Assembly: GCA_051010395.1 (NCBI GenBank)
Contig: JBPCVQ010000118.1
Location: 11,112 to 35,111 of the forward strand
Origin: Geminicoccaceae bacterium
GTDB lineage: Bacteria > Pseudomonadota > Alphaproteobacteria > Geminicoccales > Geminicoccaceae
Reading direction: 5' to 3'
DNA: 24,000 nt
Part shown: one piece after another, positions 19,698-24,000 of the stretch
Layout of the letters: each line of letters starts with the position of its first letter
Numbering within the stretch: position 1 is the first letter of the stretch
Position numbers and translations under genes: made by a program
Notes under the pieces: generated by a model
What the model saw: only the letters and a program-made list of their open reading frames with translations
Told to the model about the DNA's origin: nothing
Databases searched by the model: none

Positions 19698-22162
19698 GGA
19701 TCGGCTTCTTTGGCCGGAACGTTCCAGATGTTCTGGGCGTAGCCACGGATGGTGCGGTCGGAGGAGAACCAGCCGGCGTGGGCGGTGTTCAGGATCGCCT
19801 GGCGATACCAATCTTCGGACCGGGCATAGCGCCGATCGATTTCCCTTTGGGCTTCGGCATAGGCGTCGAAATCGGCGGTGACCAGGAAGTAGTCATGCTG
19901 GAGCAGGCCGTCGACCAGTGGTTTGAAGCGATCGGGATCGTCGGGGGAGAAGACGCCCGCCCTGATCTCGTTCAGCACTTCGCGAAGTGCCGGTGTTGCC
20001 CTGACGGTCTTCGCCACGTCGTAGCCGACACGCCTAGTCTCCAGAACCTCGTCCGCGGTCAGGCCGAAGATGACGATATTGTCGTCGCCGACATGCTCCT
20101 TGATCTCGACATTGGCGCCGTCCAGCGTCCCGATGGTGAGCGCGCCATTGAGCGCGAATTTCATGTTGCCGGTGCCGGACGCCTCCATGCCCGCCGTCGA
20201 GATCTGCTCGGAGAGGTCGGCCGCCGGAATAATCTTCTCGGCGAGCGACACCCGATAGTTCGGCAGGAACGCGACCTTCAGGCGATCGCCGATCAAAAGG
20301 TCGTTGTTGATCACTTTGGCGACGTCATTGATCAGCTTGATGATCATCTTCGCGACATGATAGGAGCCCGCCGCCTTGCCGCCGAAAATTTTTACACGCG
20401 GCTGCCAGCCTCGCTCGGGATGAGCGCGGATGGCGTTGGCGAGCGCCACCGTCTCCAGGATGTTCAAGAGCTGGCGCTTGTATTCGTGGATGCGCTTGAT
20501 CTGCACATCGAACATCGCGCTCGGATCGACCGTCAAGCCGATCTCGTCAGCGATGACCGCAGCGAGTGTCCGCTTGTTTGCGCGCTTGACGTCGGCATAG
20601 CGTTCGCGAAAGGCTGGATCGTCGGCCATCGGCGCCAGAGCTTCGAGAGCGGGCAGATCGCCGATCCAGCGATCGCCGATGGTCTCGGTGACCAGCGCCG
20701 CCAGACCCGGGTTGCATTGCAGCAGCCAGCGCCTCGGCGTGATGCCGTTGGTCTGGTGGCCGATGCGTTCTGGAAACAGCCGATGCAGGTCGGCGAACAC
20801 CGTTTCCCGCATCAGTTCGCCATGCAGCGCCGAGACGCCGTTGACGTGGTGCGAGCCGAGAAAGGCGAGATGGCCCATGCGCACGCGATGATCACCCCGG
20901 TCATCGATGACGGACACCGCCTGCAGGATCTTCTCGTCGGTGACCCCCTTGTCGCTGAGCGCCTGCATCTGGTCCGCATGCAGCGCGTTGATGATCTGCA
21001 TGTGGCGCGGCAGCAGACGCTCGATCAGCGCCACCGGCCAGCTTTCCAGCGCCTCGGGCATGAGCGTGTGGTTGGTGTAGGCGATGCATGCTCGGGTGAC
21101 TTTCCAGGCGTCCTCCCAGGACATGGCATGTTCGTCGACGAGAAGGCGCATCAATTCAGGCACGGCGAGGGCAGGGTGGGTGTCGTTCAGTTGGATCGCC
21201 GCCTTGTCCGCGAGATTAGTGAGGTCGGGATATTGGTCCAGATGCCGGCGGATCAGGTCCTGCAGCGAGGCCGACGTGAAAAAATACTCCTGCCTGACGC
21301 GCAGCTCCTCGCCAATCTCGCTGCTGTCATCCGGATAGAGCACGCGGGAGATGCTTTCCGCCTCGGCCTGATCGGCAAGGGCGCCCAGATAGTCGCCGCG
21401 ATTGAACTCTTCGAGCCGCATCAGATCCGGCGAACGCGCCGACCACAGACGGAGCGTGTTCACCCGCCTGCCTTTCCAGCCGGCAATCGGCGTATCGAAC
21501 GCCACGGCAAGGACTTTCTTCGCAGGGTGCCAACGGGCACGGCGTGGCTCATCACTCTTGTCAACGCTGTTGCCCGCGGCAACACCGCCGTAGCCGATTT
21601 CGTAGACGACTTCGGGGCGTTCGAACTGCCAGGGATTGCCGAAAGAGAGCCAGTCCTCGGGCTTTTCGATCTGAAAGCCGTCGTCGAACGCCTGGCGAAA
21701 CAGGCCGTGATCGTAGCGGATGCCGTAACCGAAACCGGCCACGCCTACCGTGCCCATGCTTTCGAGAAAACAGGCGGCTAATCGTCCGAGGCCGCCATTG
21801 CCGAGGGCGGCGTCGGGTTCCAGCTCCTTCAGCTCGTCGAGGGACTGACCGTGTTCGGCAAGTGCTTCTTCGCACGTCTCAAGGAGGCCGAGATTGGCGA
21901 GGCTGTCGATCAGGAGCCGGCCGATCAGGAATTCCATTGAAAGATAGTAGACCCGCTTTTCTTCGTCTGCGTAAATCTCGCGCGTGCTTTCCATCCAGCG
22001 AAGCGTGAGGCGGTCCCGAACGGTGAGTGACGTCGCGATCAGCCAGTCGCGCGCGCTGGCATGTTCCGGGTCCTTGCCGACCGCTGATATCAGCTTGGCG
22101 AGGATGTCGGCCTTGAACGCATCCGTGTCTCCTTCGGGAGGCATCTTTGGCAATGGGGTCAT
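19694..22162 (-). CDS. glgP: Glycogen/maltodextrin phosphorylase (GT35)
   Basis: I re-called the start to the ATG at 22162 ([11 protein letters not shown]). The track start at 22228 is a TTG. The PLP-lysine motif [28 protein letters not shown] is present, and there is extensive GT35-like sequence such as [16 protein letters not shown]. Confidence 0.93.
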   Translation of the reverse strand: MTPLPKMPPEGDTDAFKADILAKLISAVGKDPEHASARDWLIATSLTVRDRLTLRWMESTREIYADEEKRVYYLSMEFLIGRLLIDSLANLGLLETCEEALAEHGQSLDELKELEPDAALGNGGLGRLAACFLESMGTVGVAGFGYGIRYDHGLFRQAFDDGFQIEKPEDWLSFGNPWQFERPEVVYEIGYGGVAAGNSVDKSDEPRRARWHPAKKVLAVAFDTPIAGWKGRRVNTLRLWSARSPDLMRLEEFNRGDYLGALADQAEAESISRVLYPDDSSEIGEELRVRQEYFFTSASLQDLIRRHLDQYPDLTNLADKAAIQLNDTHPALAVPELMRLLVDEHAMSWEDAWKVTRACIAYTNHTLMPEALESWPVALIERLLPRHMQIINALHADQMQALSDKGVTDEKILQAVSVIDDRGDHRVRMGHLAFLGSHHVNGVSALHGELMRETVFADLHRLFPERIGHQTNGITPRRWLLQCNPGLAALVTETIGDRWIGDLPALEALAPMADDPAFRERYADVKRANKRTLAAVIADEIGLTVDPSAMFDVQIKRIHEYKRQLLNILETVALANAIRAHPERGWQPRVKIFGGKAAGSYHVAKMIIKLINDVAKVINNDLLIGDRLKVAFLPNYRVSLAEKIIPAADLSEQISTAGMEASGTGNMKFALNGALTIGTLDGANVEIKEHVGDDNIVIFGLTADEVLETRRVGYDVAKTVRATPALREVLNEIRAGVFSPDDPDRFKPLVDGLLQHDYFLVTADFDAYAEAQREIDRRYARSEDWYRQAILNTAHAGWFSSDRTIRGYAQNIWNVPAKEADP

Positions 22163-22267
22163 GGTCTCTTTCGTCCTCGAACCGTCAGCAGCCGGGAAAG
22201 CGGAATGTCTTCCGACCGCTGTTTCCAAATGGCGCTATTGCCGACCGATCCGCAACGGGGAAACCAT

Positions 22268-23227
22268 TCAGGCCGTCGACAAAAGCGCTTCGACCTGATC
22301 TCTCGTCGGCAGTGAGGGGATCGCGCCGCGGGCGGTGGTCGTGAGCGCACCGACCGCATTGGCGAAACGGCAGAGTTCGACAAGGGCTTCGTCATCGCCG
22401 ACAACATCGGGGTTTTTCGCAATACCTTCGAGCAAGCCGGCGACGAAGCCATCGCCGGCGCCGGTCGTGTCCACGGCCGTGACCGGCAGGCTCGGCACGA
22501 GCCGTTCGCCGCGTTCGGTCATTGCGATGCTACCCTTCTGCCCCAGGCTCAGCACGACCAGCTTCAGCCCATCATGCCATAGCTCCGAGCGGATGGTGTC
22601 GGGCGAGGCGCTGCCGGTCATGAAGGTCAGCTCATCATCGCTGAGCTTCACCACCGCAGCGCGTTTCAAGCCTTCGTGGATGCCTTTTCTTGCCTCAGCC
22701 TCACTGTCCCACAGTGGCAGGCGGAGATTGACGTCATAGGAGATGAGTTTCTCGGCCTTGGCCGCATGGTCGGCTGCGAACAGGGCGGTTTCTCTCGGCT
22801 GCTCGGCGGCGAGACTGATCGAATCGAAATGAAAGATTTTCGCGCGCTCGATCGCTTCCAGATCGACCTCGTCCGGCGTGAACAGCATGTCTGCGGAGGG
22901 ATGACGGTAGAACAAAAAATCGCGCTCGCCATCCTTGGTCAATGTTACGAAGGCGAGCGCCGTTCTTGCACTCCCGTCAACCCGCATCGGCGCGACGCCG
23001 ACGCCTTCGCGCTTGAGCGTGTCGACGAGAAGATGGCCGAACGCCTCGTCGCCGACCTTGCCCATGAAGGCGCTCCGCGCACCAAGTCTCGCCAGACCGA
23101 CCGCGACATTGGCGGCAGCTCCGCCGGGCGCCGGCTTGAAGGTCGGCAGGTCGGCAAAGTCGAGGCCACTCTCGGTCGGCACGAAGTCGATCAGAAGGTC
23201 GCCGAAGCAGACGATGTCAGCCATCAT
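22268..23227 (-). CDS. frk: Fructokinase (PfkB family carbohydrate kinase)
   Basis: N-terminus IVCFGDLLIDFVPTESG...APGGAAANVAVGLARLGARSAFMGKVGDEAFG closely follows the fructokinase pattern. PfkB signature DTTGAGDGFVAGLL is present. Confidence 0.8.
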   Translation of the reverse strand: MMADIVCFGDLLIDFVPTESGLDFADLPTFKPAPGGAAANVAVGLARLGARSAFMGKVGDEAFGHLLVDTLKREGVGVAPMRVDGSARTALAFVTLTKDGERDFLFYRHPSADMLFTPDEVDLEAIERAKIFHFDSISLAAEQPRETALFAADHAAKAEKLISYDVNLRLPLWDSEAEARKGIHEGLKRAAVVKLSDDELTFMTGSASPDTIRSELWHDGLKLVVLSLGQKGSIAMTERGERLVPSLPVTAVDTTGAGDGFVAGLLEGIAKNPDVVGDDEALVELCRFANAVGALTTTARGAIPSLPTRDQVEALLSTA

Positions 23228-23263
23228 TGATCTCGCAAAAGAGGAGGAGCTAAGTCCGCAAGT

Positions 23264-24000
23264 CTAGCTATCATTCGATTGAATATAGCGCGCCAGTGTC
23301 TTGGTGACACCATCTTGCCAAAGGCTTCCGAGCATCGTCTCGAACGCGCTTCTGAAGTCAGTGCTGTCCGCAAGGTCCCCGAAGATGTCCCGAAGATCCA
23401 GGAAGGCACTCGGCGCTGTCCGTGATTTCTGCGCAGCGTCGCGCAGACTCTCAGCTTGCATGTCATCAACATCAATCGTAGCGCCTGTTTCGGTCTCGCC
23501 ATAGCAGTAACGACACCAAAGGGCACTCTCCAGAGCCAGACCGTCGACGGGCCGTCCGGCTGCCAGCCGGTCGTGGGTGGAGGGTAGGATGAATTTGGGC
23601 TGGCGGTTGGAACCATCCTGACAGAGCCTCGGGATCGTGTCCTTGACCTCCGGGTTGGCGAAGCGATGCATGACGAGATCGAGATAGCCGTCGAGGGCAG
23701 TGCCTGGAACGGGTGGCACAATGGGGATGACCTCCTCCTGCATCAGCTTTTTGAGGAAGCCGCTGACTAGCGGATGCGCCATGGCCTCATCGACACCGTG
23801 GATGCCGAGCAAGGCTGCAGGATAGGCGATCGCGGCATGGCCTCCATTCAGGATGCGGAGCTTCATCAGCTCGAAAGCGGCGACGTCCTCCGTAAAGGTA
23901 ACGCCGACATCTTCGAAGGCGGGGCGACCGTTGCAGAAACGGTCCTCCATTACCCATTGCCGAAACGGTTCGCAAAAGACCGGCCAGTCATCCTCGATAC
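23264..24000 (-). CDS. mtlK: Mannitol 2-dehydrogenase family (long-chain polyol dehydrogenase), C-terminal part; 5' end outside the window
   Basis: The reading frame is open to the right edge (IEDDWPVFCEPFRQWVMEDRF...), so the track's ATG at 23950 is internal. Motifs EPFRQWV.ED and KLRILNGGHAAIAY are typical of the mannitol dehydrogenase C-terminal domain. TAG stop at 23264-23266. The adjacent fructokinase supports mannitol/fructose chemistry. UxuB- or DalD-like specificity cannot be excluded. Confidence 0.7.
   Translation of the reverse strand, partial: IEDDWPVFCEPFRQWVMEDRFCNGRPAFEDVGVTFTEDVAAFELMKLRILNGGHAAIAYPAALLGIHGVDEAMAHPLVSGFLKKLMQEEVIPIVPPVPGTALDGYLDLVMHRFANPEVKDTIPRLCQDGSNRQPKFILPSTHDRLAAGRPVDGLALESALWCRYCYGETETGATIDVDDMQAESLRDAAQKSRTAPSAFLDLRDIFGDLADSTDFRSAFETMLGSLWQDGVTKTLARYIQSNDS

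Noticed and set aside
19778-21781. A 667-aa ORF on the + strand opposite glgP. Similar long + strand ORFs lie opposite glgC (16073-17449), malQ (10609-11541) and glgX (13530-14153, 14157-14759). Long - strand ORFs lie opposite the SBP gene (6573-7367) and the YhfX-like/ATPase genes (9370-10158).
   Set aside because: These are antisense shadow ORFs, expected in GC-rich DNA because the codon bias of the real gene suppresses stops on the opposite strand. The partner strand carries unmistakable family motifs in every case. The shadow translations are Arg/Gly/Asp/Val-rich with no recognisable motifs or ribosome-binding sites.

Overview
GC-rich alphaproteobacterial (Rhizobiales-like) chromosomal window made up of carbohydrate metabolism and transport genes. 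I see no RNA genes, CRISPR arrays, IS or phage elements, or recognisable defence genes.

Layout, left to right:
1. The 3' part of a PQQ-dependent methanol/ethanol-family dehydrogenase (+ strand, 5' end outside the window).
2. A convergent gene for a secreted LysM / tandem-repeat / Calx-beta protein (- strand).
3. A 446-bp divergent intergenic region.
4. A tightly coupled + strand six-gene locus at 3716-10287. It encodes a ROK regulator, an M20 metallohydrolase, a sugar-type ABC substrate-binding protein, a permease, a YhfX-like PLP (alanine-racemase-fold) protein and a single-domain ABC ATPase.
5. A long - strand block at 10384-24000: mannitol-2-dehydrogenase-family gene (partial), fructokinase, then glgP-glgB-glgC-glgA-glgX-malQ, with several overlapping stop/start codons.

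Most long ORFs in the six-frame track that lie opposite these genes are antisense shadows typical of GC-rich DNA. Several track ORFs also carry spurious 5' extensions, and I re-called the starts of the SBP gene, glgX, glgC, glgB and glgP.

The least-understood content, and my best candidate for something undescribed, is the ROK-M20-ABC-YhfX locus. It pairs a sugar-type importer with two amino-acid-type enzymes, and its substrate is unknown. Other points worth a second look:
- a lanthanide-type Asp signature and a lipobox in the PQQ dehydrogenase
- the unusual LysM-repeat-Calx-beta architecture
- a ROK regulator that lacks the family's zinc-binding residues
- a glycogen operon that carries malQ instead of pgm

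All functional calls rest on motifs I read in the translations. No database search was run.
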